Shown in pieces: positions 18,946 to 27,929 of a stretch of 45,477 nucleotides of DNA. Position numbers and translations under genes: made by a program. The DNA lies in the NCBI GenBank assembly GCA_046760365.1, contig JBHIEA010000001.1, positions 1 through 45,477 of the forward strand, read 5' to 3'. A model generated the notes under the pieces. The model ran no database searches. It saw only the letters and a list, made by a program, of their open reading frames with translations, and was not told the DNA's origin. The DNA comes from a bacterium (GTDB lineage Bacteria; Aerophobota; Aerophobia; Aerophobales; AE-B3A). The stretch's first letter is position 1; every line of letters begins with the position of its first letter.

Positions 18946-20139
18946 ATGCAAATTGCAAGAAGAATGGGAAGACTAGGGACTGAAACTGCATTTGAAGTTT
19001 TGGCACAGGTAAATAGGCTCAAAGCAGAAGGCCAAGATATTATAAGTTTTGCTTTAGGAGAGCCTGATTTTGATACCCCTACGAATATTAAAGATGCAGC
19101 AATGAAGGCAATTACTGATGGTTATACTCATTACAGTCCCTCGGCTGGAATCCTTCCTTTGAGAGAGTCGATTGCGCACTACATTTCTGATACCAGAGGC
19201 ATGGGGGTGGAACCTGATGAGGTAGTGGTTACTCCCGGGGCAAAACCAATAATTTTTGATAGCATCCTTTCCTGTGTTAATGAAGGGGATGAGGTGATAT
19301 ATCCCAACCCGGGATTTCCCATCTATGAATCGGTTATAGACTTCTTAGGGGCAAAACCAGTTCCTCTTCCCCTTTTGGAAGAGAAAAACTTCAGTTTTGA
19401 TCCAGAGGATCTCAGGAGGAGAATAAGCCCCAGAACGAGGATGATCATTCTCAATTCTCCCCACAATCCCACCGGTGGCATCTTAAGTCAGGATGATCTG
19501 GAAACTATTGCTGAAATAGCTATGAAAAATGATCTGTGGATTTTGTCTGACGAGGTCTACTCTAAGATTATCTATGACGGGAAGTTTCAAAGTATCATTT
19601 CTATCCCGGGGATGAAGGAGAGAACGATTCTGGTGGATGGTTTTTCTAAGACTTATGCTATGACTGGCTGGCGATTGGGATTTGGCATAATGAAGAAGGA
19701 GTTGGCCGTAGATATTGCCAGAATAGAGACCAACGTTGATTCCTGTACGGCAACTTTTACCCAGTATGCGGGAATAGAGGCCCTGAAAGGTCCGCAGGAT
19801 GAATCTTCAGCCATGATAGCTGAATTTCAGAGAAGGCGAGATCTCATCTATGAGGAATTGAATGACATCGAGGGAATAAAGTGTCTGAAGCCGAAAGGAG
19901 CTTTTTACATATACCCAAATGTAACCGAGGCTTGCCGGAATCTAGATTTGGGTGACTCAAAGGAGCTTCAACAATATCTATTACACCGCGCAAAGGTAGC
20001 GGTATTGGCAAGAAGCTGTTTTGGCAGGCGAAACGAAGGGGAGAAAGAGGAATATATCAGATTGTCTTATGCGACTTCCAGAAAAAACATAATCGAAGGA
20101 GTAAAAAAAATTAAAAAAGCTATTGAATCTAAGTCTTAG
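18946..20139 (+). CDS. class-I PLP aminotransferase (aspartate/alanine aminotransferase type)
   Basis: 398 aa starting MQIARRMGRLGTETAFEV. Motifs are GEPDFDTP, NSPHNPTG and the PLP-lysine motif SKTYAMTGWRLGF. The SD GAGGGAGGGG lies 6 nt upstream. The longer ORF-track start (18748) runs through the non-coding repeat. Confidence 0.9.
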   Translation: MQIARRMGRLGTETAFEVLAQVNRLKAEGQDIISFALGEPDFDTPTNIKDAAMKAITDGYTHYSPSAGILPLRESIAHYISDTRGMGVEPDEVVVTPGAKPIIFDSILSCVNEGDEVIYPNPGFPIYESVIDFLGAKPVPLPLLEEKNFSFDPEDLRRRISPRTRMIILNSPHNPTGGILSQDDLETIAEIAMKNDLWILSDEVYSKIIYDGKFQSIISIPGMKERTILVDGFSKTYAMTGWRLGFGIMKKELAVDIARIETNVDSCTATFTQYAGIEALKGPQDESSAMIAEFQRRRDLIYEELNDIEGIKCLKPKGAFYIYPNVTEACRNLDLGDSKELQQYLLHRAKVAVLARSCFGRRNEGEKEEYIRLSYATSRKNIIEGVKKIKKAIESKS

Positions 20140-20174
20140 GCAAAATGTCAGATTTAGCTCACAGGAATTGATTC

Positions 20175-23100
20175 ATGGAAAAGAGACAGTTTTCATCAAA
20201 GGAAGCCTCCTCAGGAAAACGCGATCCGGCTTACTCAAATTTTCTCTTGGAGGAAAATCTCTCTGAGGTAGACCCTGATACGGACCTTATCATCGGTTTT
20301 GAGGAAGACCGGCAAGCCAAAAAGCTTATCCTCATTCCTTCCGAAAGCATCTGCCCCAAAGCTGTCCGCCAGGCCCTGGGCTCGGTCTTCACTAGCCTCT
20401 ATGCGGAAGGATATCCCCCCTTAAGAATGACCAGGGACGAAGAATCTCTGTTATTAGATTTCAAGGATCAGCTTGCCCACTGCCGACGCTATGCCGATAG
20501 ACGATTTTACAAAGGAGGTGAGTACGCCAATTTTGTTGAAGCTTTAGCCCAGAGGCGGGCCGCCCAATGCTTTGCTACCGATAACAGTCCCAATGCTCCC
20601 CTAAAGGTTGGGGCTGATCAAATATTTGTCAATGTACAACCTCTCTCCGGAGCAGCGGCTAATAACTCTGTGTATGAGGCTTTTGTTGAACCTGGTGATA
20701 CGGTTATGGGTATGGCTTTAGCCCATGGAGGCCATCTAACCCACGGCAGTGAGTTCAATCGATCCGGCAAGCGCTATCATATCGTTTCCTATGGAGTTAG
20801 TGAAGAAACCGGCAGATTAGATTATGAGGTGATCAAAAGGCTGGCCATCGAGCATAAACCAAAAATGATCATTGCCGGCTATACCTCCTATCCCTGGGCC
20901 CCTGACTGGCAGAAGTTCAGAGAGATTGCTGACAGTGTGGGAGCTATACTCTTCGCTGATATTGCTCATCCCGCGGGACTGGTGATTGCGGGGCAATATC
21001 CAAGTCCAGTTGGTTATGCTGACGTCATTACCTTAACCACTCATAAAACGCTCTGTGGTCCCCGTGGTGCAGTTATTTTGACTACCGATGAGGAAAAGGC
21101 CCAAAGAATAGACAATGCCGTCTTTCCTGGCGAGCAGGGGGGGCCTCACGTTAATAAGTTTGCCGCTATGGCGGTAGCTTTTAAGATTGCCCAAACAAAA
21201 AAGTTCAAAAAACTTCAAGAAAAAATTGTAGAAAATGCGCAGGTTCTGGTCTCTTCTCTTAAGAGGCGAGGCTTAGAGATAGCCTATGGAGGGACAAATA
21301 CTCACCTTTTGGTAATCGATCTAAGGGCTGTTAAAGCCAGGACGGGCTTTCCTCTAAAGGGTGAAATAGCTGCTCGCATCCTGGATCTTTGCGGCCTGGT
21401 GGTTAATAAGAACACTATTCCTGGTGATGAGACAGCCGCCGAGGCCAGCGGTGTCCGTCTGGGAACCCCCTGGATTACTCAGCGAGGACTAGGGAAAAAG
21501 GAGATAAAGAAGTTAGCCGAACTTATTCACCGGGTTATCACCAGGATTCAGCCTTTTAGCTACACAGGGCTGAAAGGGGATCTACCCCGAGGAAAGATAG
21601 ATTTAGAGACTCTTGAAGAAGTAAGACAGGAAGTAGCGGAACTGACCCAGACAGCCAAGGCTGAGACTTCCACCCATGAGCGAGCGGCTAAGCTTGGGTA
21701 TCCCCATTATGATGTTCCCGCAAAGCCTTCGGTAAAAAAGACCAGCTTACTTACGCAGCACCGGAAGCTGGGGGGGAAAATCGTCGAAAATAACGGTTGG
21801 GAAATGCCCATTCATTATGAAAATTTTACCGAAGAACTTAAAGCCGCCCGGATGACAGCGGTCATTTTCGACCTCGGCGACATGGGACTACTGAAGGTAA
21901 GTGGAGAAAGGGCCAAGCCCTTTCTCCAAGGGGTGTCTACCAAAAATCTAGCCGAGCTTAAGCCGGGAGAGTTCCTGCGTTCTTTTCTTCTGGACTCACA
22001 AGCTCAACTCATCGACGAGGTTTCTATTCTCTATTTAAATTGTGATAATAGTGGTAGAGACCATTATTTGGTAGTGACCAATCCGTCCCAGACTGAAAAG
22101 GTAAAGTCGTGGCTGCGGGGACTTTCCGACGGATATATTACTTTCGACCCCGATGATATATTTGCCAAAATTGAAGGACCAGCAGTAGTGGAGGACTTAG
22201 GAGAGACTGTTGAAAAAGGGTCACGCAGGATGGGAATAGCTTTGTACGGACCAAATTCTTCCAAAATCCTCAGGAAAATAGACTCTTCTTTGGGGAATCT
22301 TAAGAAATTTAATTTCCGGCAAGCGAAGATCGGACAAATCCAAGCCATCATCTCCCGAACCGGCTATACCAAGGACTCCTTAGGATTTGAATTCTATATC
22401 CACCCAAACGACGCCATCAAGCTCTGGAATCTACTTTTAAGACAAGGAAGGGAGTTTGGCATTAGGCCAGCCGGGCTTTTGACCAGAAATCATTTGCGCT
22501 CAGAAGCAGGTCCGCCTTCCCATGAAGATCCTAAATTCAAAACTCCCGGGCTTTCTCTATATAAGGCTCACCCCTCTCATTTTCATCTTTCAAAGCCTTA
22601 TTTTATTGGACAAAAGACTATTGATAAAGCGCTAGGATCCTTGGTAGCGAAAGAGGAGTTTCAATATAAGGAAGAGAAAGGGAAGCTAAGACAAAGTCCT
22701 CTGTATGATGAGCATTTGAAACTAGGGGCTAAGTTTGTTAAGTTTACCGGTTGGAAGATGCCTGTTTGTTACACCAGTATTAATGAGGAGCACCGGGCAG
22801 TAAGAGAGACAGCCGGGCTTTTTGATGTAGCCCATATGGGAGTAATAGAAATTGCGGGTGAGCACGCTGCCAGTTTCCTGGATACCGTTTCTACTAACTA
22901 CGTGCGATGGTTAAAAGATGGGCAATCTCAGTACGCCTACCTTCTCGATCCTGATGGCAATATCCTGGATGACGTTATGATCTATCGCCGCCATTGCCAT
23001 CGATATATGATGGTGGTCAATGCCGTTAATGAGCCCAAGATCTGGGCCTGGCTACGCGCTGTCAACTCCAAAAAATTTCTCATAGATCGAGACCATCCCA

Positions 23101-23921
23101 ATAAAGAGATTGAAGGAAAAGCGGTTCTCAGGAATCTAAAAGAGGCCTCATCCGGAAGGGATCAAAAAGTTGATCTGGCTCTCCAGGGCCCTAGTTCACT
23201 CTCCATATTACAGAAATTGGCAAAAGAGAAAGAGCTGAAGGGAAAATTAGCCAGAATTAGGAAAAATGAATTCCTGGAGGTTGAGCTTTCCGGAATTGAG
23301 ATGATAATTTCCCGGAGCGGTTATACCGGCGAAGATGTTGGCTATGAGCTTTATCTACATCCTGAAAACGCTACTCTCATTTGGAACCTGCTTTTAAGAG
23401 AGGGCAAAGATTTTGGCATTAAACCCTCTGGTCTGGGGGCCCGAGATTCAACCAGGATTGAAGCTGGTCTACCCTTATACGGACATGAGCTGGCTGGCAA
23501 ATACGGTATTACTCCTACTGAGGCTGGTTATGGGGCATTTGTTAAACTTCACAAACCCTACTTTATCGGGAAAAAGCGCCTTTTGAAAAGGCAACAGAGG
23601 AAAATGGAGATTATTCGTTTCAAGATGAAATCTAAAGGTATCAGAATGGTAAAATCAGAAGATCCCATCGTTGATGAAAAAGGCCAATACATTGGGAGAG
23701 TTACCAGTTGTGCTTTGGTGGGTGGGATTCAGCTTGGACTGGCTTATGTGGATAAAGATTTCGCAGAGGAAGGAAGAAAAATCGGAATATTTATTCTTCC
23801 GCGAGGAGGAAAATTTCTTCCAGAGGTCCCTAAAGATGAACTGATCAGAGGAGATAGGGTACTTCTTCACGAAGAAGCTATAGTCTTAAGCCGCTTCCCT
23901 GAAAAAAACAGCAGGATCTAG
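20175..23921 (+). CDS. three-domain fusion: divergent serine hydroxymethyltransferase-like domain + truncated GcvT-like domain + complete GcvT (aminomethyltransferase) domain
   Basis: Residues ~40-500 are SHMT-fold (SES..YAEGYP, GGHLTHG, TTHKTLCGPRG). Residues ~523-815 are GcvT-like (GWEMPIHY, FDLGDMGLLKVSG). Residues ~841-1248 are a canonical GcvT (GWKMPVCY, FDVAHMGVIEIAG, C-terminal barrel). Internal repeats pair up as KPYFIGQKT/KPYFIGKKR and LWNLLLRQGREFGIRPAGL/IWNLLLREGKDFGIKPSGL. Confidence 0.88.
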   Translation: MEKRQFSSKEASSGKRDPAYSNFLLEENLSEVDPDTDLIIGFEEDRQAKKLILIPSESICPKAVRQALGSVFTSLYAEGYPPLRMTRDEESLLLDFKDQLAHCRRYADRRFYKGGEYANFVEALAQRRAAQCFATDNSPNAPLKVGADQIFVNVQPLSGAAANNSVYEAFVEPGDTVMGMALAHGGHLTHGSEFNRSGKRYHIVSYGVSEETGRLDYEVIKRLAIEHKPKMIIAGYTSYPWAPDWQKFREIADSVGAILFADIAHPAGLVIAGQYPSPVGYADVITLTTHKTLCGPRGAVILTTDEEKAQRIDNAVFPGEQGGPHVNKFAAMAVAFKIAQTKKFKKLQEKIVENAQVLVSSLKRRGLEIAYGGTNTHLLVIDLRAVKARTGFPLKGEIAARILDLCGLVVNKNTIPGDETAAEASGVRLGTPWITQRGLGKKEIKKLAELIHRVITRIQPFSYTGLKGDLPRGKIDLETLEEVRQEVAELTQTAKAETSTHERAAKLGYPHYDVPAKPSVKKTSLLTQHRKLGGKIVENNGWEMPIHYENFTEELKAARMTAVIFDLGDMGLLKVSGERAKPFLQGVSTKNLAELKPGEFLRSFLLDSQAQLIDEVSILYLNCDNSGRDHYLVVTNPSQTEKVKSWLRGLSDGYITFDPDDIFAKIEGPAVVEDLGETVEKGSRRMGIALYGPNSSKILRKIDSSLGNLKKFNFRQAKIGQIQAIISRTGYTKDSLGFEFYIHPNDAIKLWNLLLRQGREFGIRPAGLLTRNHLRSEAGPPSHEDPKFKTPGLSLYKAHPSHFHLSKPYFIGQKTIDKALGSLVAKEEFQYKEEKGKLRQSPLYDEHLKLGAKFVKFTGWKMPVCYTSINEEHRAVRETAGLFDVAHMGVIEIAGEHAASFLDTVSTNYVRWLKDGQSQYAYLLDPDGNILDDVMIYRRHCHRYMMVVNAVNEPKIWAWLRAVNSKKFLIDRDHPNKEIEGKAVLRNLKEASSGRDQKVDLALQGPSSLSILQKLAKEKELKGKLARIRKNEFLEVELSGIEMIISRSGYTGEDVGYELYLHPENATLIWNLLLREGKDFGIKPSGLGARDSTRIEAGLPLYGHELAGKYGITPTEAGYGAFVKLHKPYFIGKKRLLKRQQRKMEIIRFKMKSKGIRMVKSEDPIVDEKGQYIGRVTSCALVGGIQLGLAYVDKDFAEEGRKIGIFILPRGGKFLPEVPKDELIRGDRVLLHEEAIVLSRFPEKNSRI

Positions 23922-24058
23922 AATTAAGTAAAGAGTTTAAAGAAGGCATGGATAAGAGGGAGGAGTTGACAGCGGGAATGAGAGAGTAAGGTGTCAGTTT
24001 AGGATTCGGGAAAAAGAGGTAAGGTATCTCTCAAGAACAGCAAAGAGGAGATTACTAA

Positions 24059-26119
24059 ATGCCAATTATGGATTCTAAGACAGGAAAGATAAGAAGGGAA
24101 TATAAAATGGAAGAATTGACAGAGAAAGTGAGGCAAATGAGAGCTTATAATATGGTTAGTCTTACTGCGGCTGGCTCAGGACACACCGGGGGGACTCTGT
24201 CAATTATGGATATTGCCGCCGCCTTATATCTCAAAAAAATAAGACATGACCCCAAAAATCCTCATTGGGAAGATCGGGACAGAGTTTTCTGGTCTACCGG
24301 TCACAAAGCTCCGGCTCTTTATGTAGCTTTGGGTGAAGCAGGTTATTTTCCAGTAAAAGAAGTGGTGAAGTTAAGGAAATTATGGTCTGGTTTTGAAGGT
24401 CATCCCCATAGATTGAGACTACCCGGAGTTGAGCTTTCCGCAGGATCTTTAGGGCAGGGTCTGGGGGTGGCCGTAGGTTGTGCACTTAATGCTAAATTAG
24501 AAGGGGAAAACTACCAAGTGTATTCCATTAATGGAGATGGAGAACTTGATGAGGGTTCTATCTGGGAGGCCGTAATGTGTGCTGCTCATTATAAGTTAGA
24601 CAACCTGGTATGTATTGTTGACAGAAATGGCTTGCAAATTGATGGCCCCACCGAGGAAGTCATGAGATTGGAATCTCTGGCTGATAAATGGAGAGCCTTT
24701 GGATGGAATACTATTTCAATAGACGGTCATAATATGGAAGAGATCCTGGATGCCCTTGATGAAGCGGAGAAGGTGAAAGGAAAACCATCAGTAATAATCG
24801 CTAAAACCACCAAAGGAAAAGGCGTTTCCTATGCTGAGAATGTAGTAGGTTATCACGGTATCGCTCCTAAAGATGGAAGATCAGGCAATGAGTCATTGGA
24901 CCAGGCCTTAGAGGACATAGGAGATGCGTCTTTTACTAAAGATAAAGTAGATAGACTACTAAAAATTGCTGATGATTACCAAAACCAAGTGAATAAGAAG
25001 GTAGAAGCTTCCATGCCTAGCTTTAGCAGAAATTACTGGTGGAATTCAGCTAATCGAATGAAAGTTGAGATGGATGCTACCCGAAATGGCTTTGGTAGGG
25101 CTATAGAAAAATTAGGCCGAGATAAAAGAGTGGTGGCATTGGGGGCTGATATTACCAGTTCCATAAGGATGGATAGATTCTACGCCCAACATCCCGAGAG
25201 GAAAAAGAGGTTTTTCAGCATGGGGATAGCTGAGGCTAATATGGCTCTGGTTGCCTCTGGTTTAGCCAAAGAGGGGAAAATACCATTTATTGGGTCCTAC
25301 GGAGTTTTCGCAACCGGTAGAAATTGGGATCAGCTAAGAACTACCGTATGTTATAACAACTTCAATGTAAAAGTTGCCGATGCTCATGGTGGTATTTCAG
25401 TGGGGCCAGATGGAGCTACCCATCAAGCATTGGAGGAAATTACCAACATCTGCTATTTACCCAATATGCATATGGCCATCCCTTGTGATTCAATTGAGAC
25501 CGAAAAAGCGACAGAATTTATTGCTTTCATTGAGGGACCTGCGGTGGTTAGGTACGCCAGGGAAGCAACTCCCGTGGTGACCACCAAGGATACTCCCTAT
25601 GAGTTTGGTTTAGCCAATATAATAAGATACCGAGGTGAGAAAAAAAAATTCATCGAGGCATTTGAGGTAAAGCTCTCCCCCGGTTATGAATCAGAAAATG
25701 AAGATTTAACGGTAATTGCCTGTGGACCTATGGTGCCGGAAGCAATGAGGGCGGCTTACATTTTAAAAGAAGAATACGGAATTGAGGCAAGAATACTAAA
25801 CGTCCATACAGTTAAGCCAATCGATAAGAAGGCAGTTGTAAAAGCAGCGGAAGAAACAGGTATCATCATAACTGCGGAGGAACACCAGGTTGGCGGTTTT
25901 GGAAATATTGTTGCGGGAGTGATAGCACAGGGTAAGAGATATGATGCACCCCTGTTAATGGATATGGTGGGGGTGGAGGATAAGTTTGGTGAATCTGGAC
26001 AACCCTGGGAGTTGATGAAGACATTCGGATTAACGGCTGAGCACATTGCAAAAAAAGCCAAAAATTTATACGATCAAAAAAATAGAAATAGCCTGCATGT
26101 TGATAGAAAAGGAGTTTAA
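24059..26119 (+). CDS. tkt: transketolase, single polypeptide made of the N-terminal and C-terminal halves of the split type
   Basis: N-terminal half has GSGHTGGTLS and the ThDP motif NGDGELDEGSIWEA. A ~50-aa linker follows. The C-terminal half has the Pyr domain (FFSMGIAEANM) and a C-terminal domain. AGGAG lies 8 nt upstream. Confidence 0.88.
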   Translation: MPIMDSKTGKIRREYKMEELTEKVRQMRAYNMVSLTAAGSGHTGGTLSIMDIAAALYLKKIRHDPKNPHWEDRDRVFWSTGHKAPALYVALGEAGYFPVKEVVKLRKLWSGFEGHPHRLRLPGVELSAGSLGQGLGVAVGCALNAKLEGENYQVYSINGDGELDEGSIWEAVMCAAHYKLDNLVCIVDRNGLQIDGPTEEVMRLESLADKWRAFGWNTISIDGHNMEEILDALDEAEKVKGKPSVIIAKTTKGKGVSYAENVVGYHGIAPKDGRSGNESLDQALEDIGDASFTKDKVDRLLKIADDYQNQVNKKVEASMPSFSRNYWWNSANRMKVEMDATRNGFGRAIEKLGRDKRVVALGADITSSIRMDRFYAQHPERKKRFFSMGIAEANMALVASGLAKEGKIPFIGSYGVFATGRNWDQLRTTVCYNNFNVKVADAHGGISVGPDGATHQALEEITNICYLPNMHMAIPCDSIETEKATEFIAFIEGPAVVRYAREATPVVTTKDTPYEFGLANIIRYRGEKKKFIEAFEVKLSPGYESENEDLTVIACGPMVPEAMRAAYILKEEYGIEARILNVHTVKPIDKKAVVKAAEETGIIITAEEHQVGGFGNIVAGVIAQGKRYDAPLLMDMVGVEDKFGESGQPWELMKTFGLTAEHIAKKAKNLYDQKNRNSLHVDRKGV

Positions 26120-26199
26120 GCTTTTGCTGGTCTAGACAGATTTTCTCAACAAAATTAGGTTAAAAAATCCTCTTGAAAGCATCTCTTAAGGAGAATAGA

Positions 26200-26586
26200 T
26201 TGTATTCAAAAGATTTAAAGTATACCGAAACTCACGAGTGGGTAAAAGTCGATAGGGGCTTTGTTACCGTAGGCATTACCGATTTCGCCACCAAACAGCT
26301 AACAGACCTTGTCTATGTAGAACTTCCCATGATAGGGGAAAAAGTTACCCGAGGCTCCTCCTTGGGAGTTATAGAGTCGGTCAAAGCTGTCTCTGATTTG
26401 TACTCCCCCGTAAGTGGAACCATAGTCGAGGTAAATGAGAAATTATCTAAAGAACCAGAAATAGTAACTCAAGATCCTTACGGTGAAGGGTGGATGATCA
26501 AGATAAAGATAGAGGATCCCGCTGAACTAGATACTTTGATGGATTCAGAGGAATATGAGGACCTGGTAAGGAAGGAAAAAAAGTGA
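26200..26586 (+). CDS. gcvH: glycine cleavage system H protein
   Basis: Lipoyl-lysine motif ESVKAVSDLYSPVSG and N-terminus DLKYTETHEWV. TTG 26200 is preferred because AAGGAGA lies 5-6 nt upstream; the ORF track opens at TTG 26173. Confidence 0.9.
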   Translation: MYSKDLKYTETHEWVKVDRGFVTVGITDFATKQLTDLVYVELPMIGEKVTRGSSLGVIESVKAVSDLYSPVSGTIVEVNEKLSKEPEIVTQDPYGEGWMIKIKIEDPAELDTLMDSEEYEDLVRKEKK

Positions 26587-27929
26587 TTCCCTATATTCCC
26601 AATACCGAAGAAGACCAAAAGGAGATGCTAAAAGAGATAGGAGCTGGGTCCATAGAAGACCTGTTCGATAGTATCCCTCAGAATTTACTACTAAAAAACG
26701 ACCTCAGTCTTCCCTCATCGATGTCAGAGATGGAGCTAGTTAATGAGCTTAAGGGTCTATCTCGAAAAAACACCAATTTAGATGAATACGTCTCTTTTCT
26801 GGGAGCAGGAAGTTATGATCATTTTATCCCTTCCCTGGTTGATCATCTCTCCGGCAGGTCCGAATTTTATACCTCTTACACTCCCTATCAGGCAGAGGCC
26901 AGTCAGGGAATCCTGCAAGCCACTTATGAATATCAAAGCCTTATCTGCGAGCTTTTTCAAATGGATGTCTGTAATGCCTCGCTTTATGAGGGGGCAACCG
27001 CCTTGGCTGAGGCAGTCATCCTGGCTCATAGGGTTAATCATCGCCAGAAAGTGTTAGTAGCTAAAACTCTTCACCCAGAGTATCGTCAGGTTCTCACCAC
27101 CTATATAAAGAAAACCTTGGGTCTGTCTATAATAGAGATAGACTACGAGGATGGGGTGACGGATCTTACTAAATTAGAAGAAACGATTGATAAAGATACA
27201 AGCTGCGTGGTCATCCAGAATCCTAACTTTTTTGGTTGTCTGGAGAAAGTTAACGGAATAGAAAAAATTACCCACCGAGCTGGTTCTTTATACATTGTCT
27301 CGGTGGATCCCATATCCTTAGGGATGCTTATTCCTCCGGCAGAGTACCATGCCGATATCGCCGTAGGCGAAGGACAAGCCTTGGGAGGTAAACTTAATTT
27401 CGGAGGACCATATTTAGGAATTTTTACGTCTAAGACCGAATTCTTGAGAAAAATGCCGGGGAGAATCGTGGGAGAGACCATCGATAAAAAGGGAAGAAGA
27501 GGATTCGTCTTAACCTTACAAACTAGAGAACAGCATATACGGAGAGAACGGGCAACCTCAAATATCTGTACCAACCAGGCTCTGAATGCTTTGAGAGCTA
27601 CCATATACCTCTCCACCCTGGGAGAGGAAGGGTTGGCTCAGGTAGCTAATCTGTGTCTGCAAAAATCACATTACGCCGCTAAGAGAATTTACCAGATTCC
27701 TGGATTTGAGCCTACCTTTGCCAGTCCCTTTTTTAAAGAATTCGCGGTAAGATGTCCCCTCTCGCCTCATAAGATAAATAAGCTGCTCTGGGACAATAAG
27801 ATCCTGGGGGGATTTGACCTGGGAAGATTTTCCCCAGAACTGGAGAATTCCTTATTATTCAGCGTAACTGAAAAAAGAACCCGGGAGGAGATCGATAAAC
27901 TCACCCTGCTTTTGGAAGATATGGTATGA
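26583..27929 (+). CDS. gcvPA: glycine dehydrogenase (decarboxylating) subunit 1
   Basis: 448 aa with the typical N-terminus IPYIPNTEEDQKEMLKEIG. The GTG start overlaps the gcvH stop by 4 nt. Confidence 0.92.
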   Translation: MIPYIPNTEEDQKEMLKEIGAGSIEDLFDSIPQNLLLKNDLSLPSSMSEMELVNELKGLSRKNTNLDEYVSFLGAGSYDHFIPSLVDHLSGRSEFYTSYTPYQAEASQGILQATYEYQSLICELFQMDVCNASLYEGATALAEAVILAHRVNHRQKVLVAKTLHPEYRQVLTTYIKKTLGLSIIEIDYEDGVTDLTKLEETIDKDTSCVVIQNPNFFGCLEKVNGIEKITHRAGSLYIVSVDPISLGMLIPPAEYHADIAVGEGQALGGKLNFGGPYLGIFTSKTEFLRKMPGRIVGETIDKKGRRGFVLTLQTREQHIRRERATSNICTNQALNALRATIYLSTLGEEGLAQVANLCLQKSHYAAKRIYQIPGFEPTFASPFFKEFAVRCPLSPHKINKLLWDNKILGGFDLGRFSPELENSLLFSVTEKRTREEIDKLTLLLEDMV

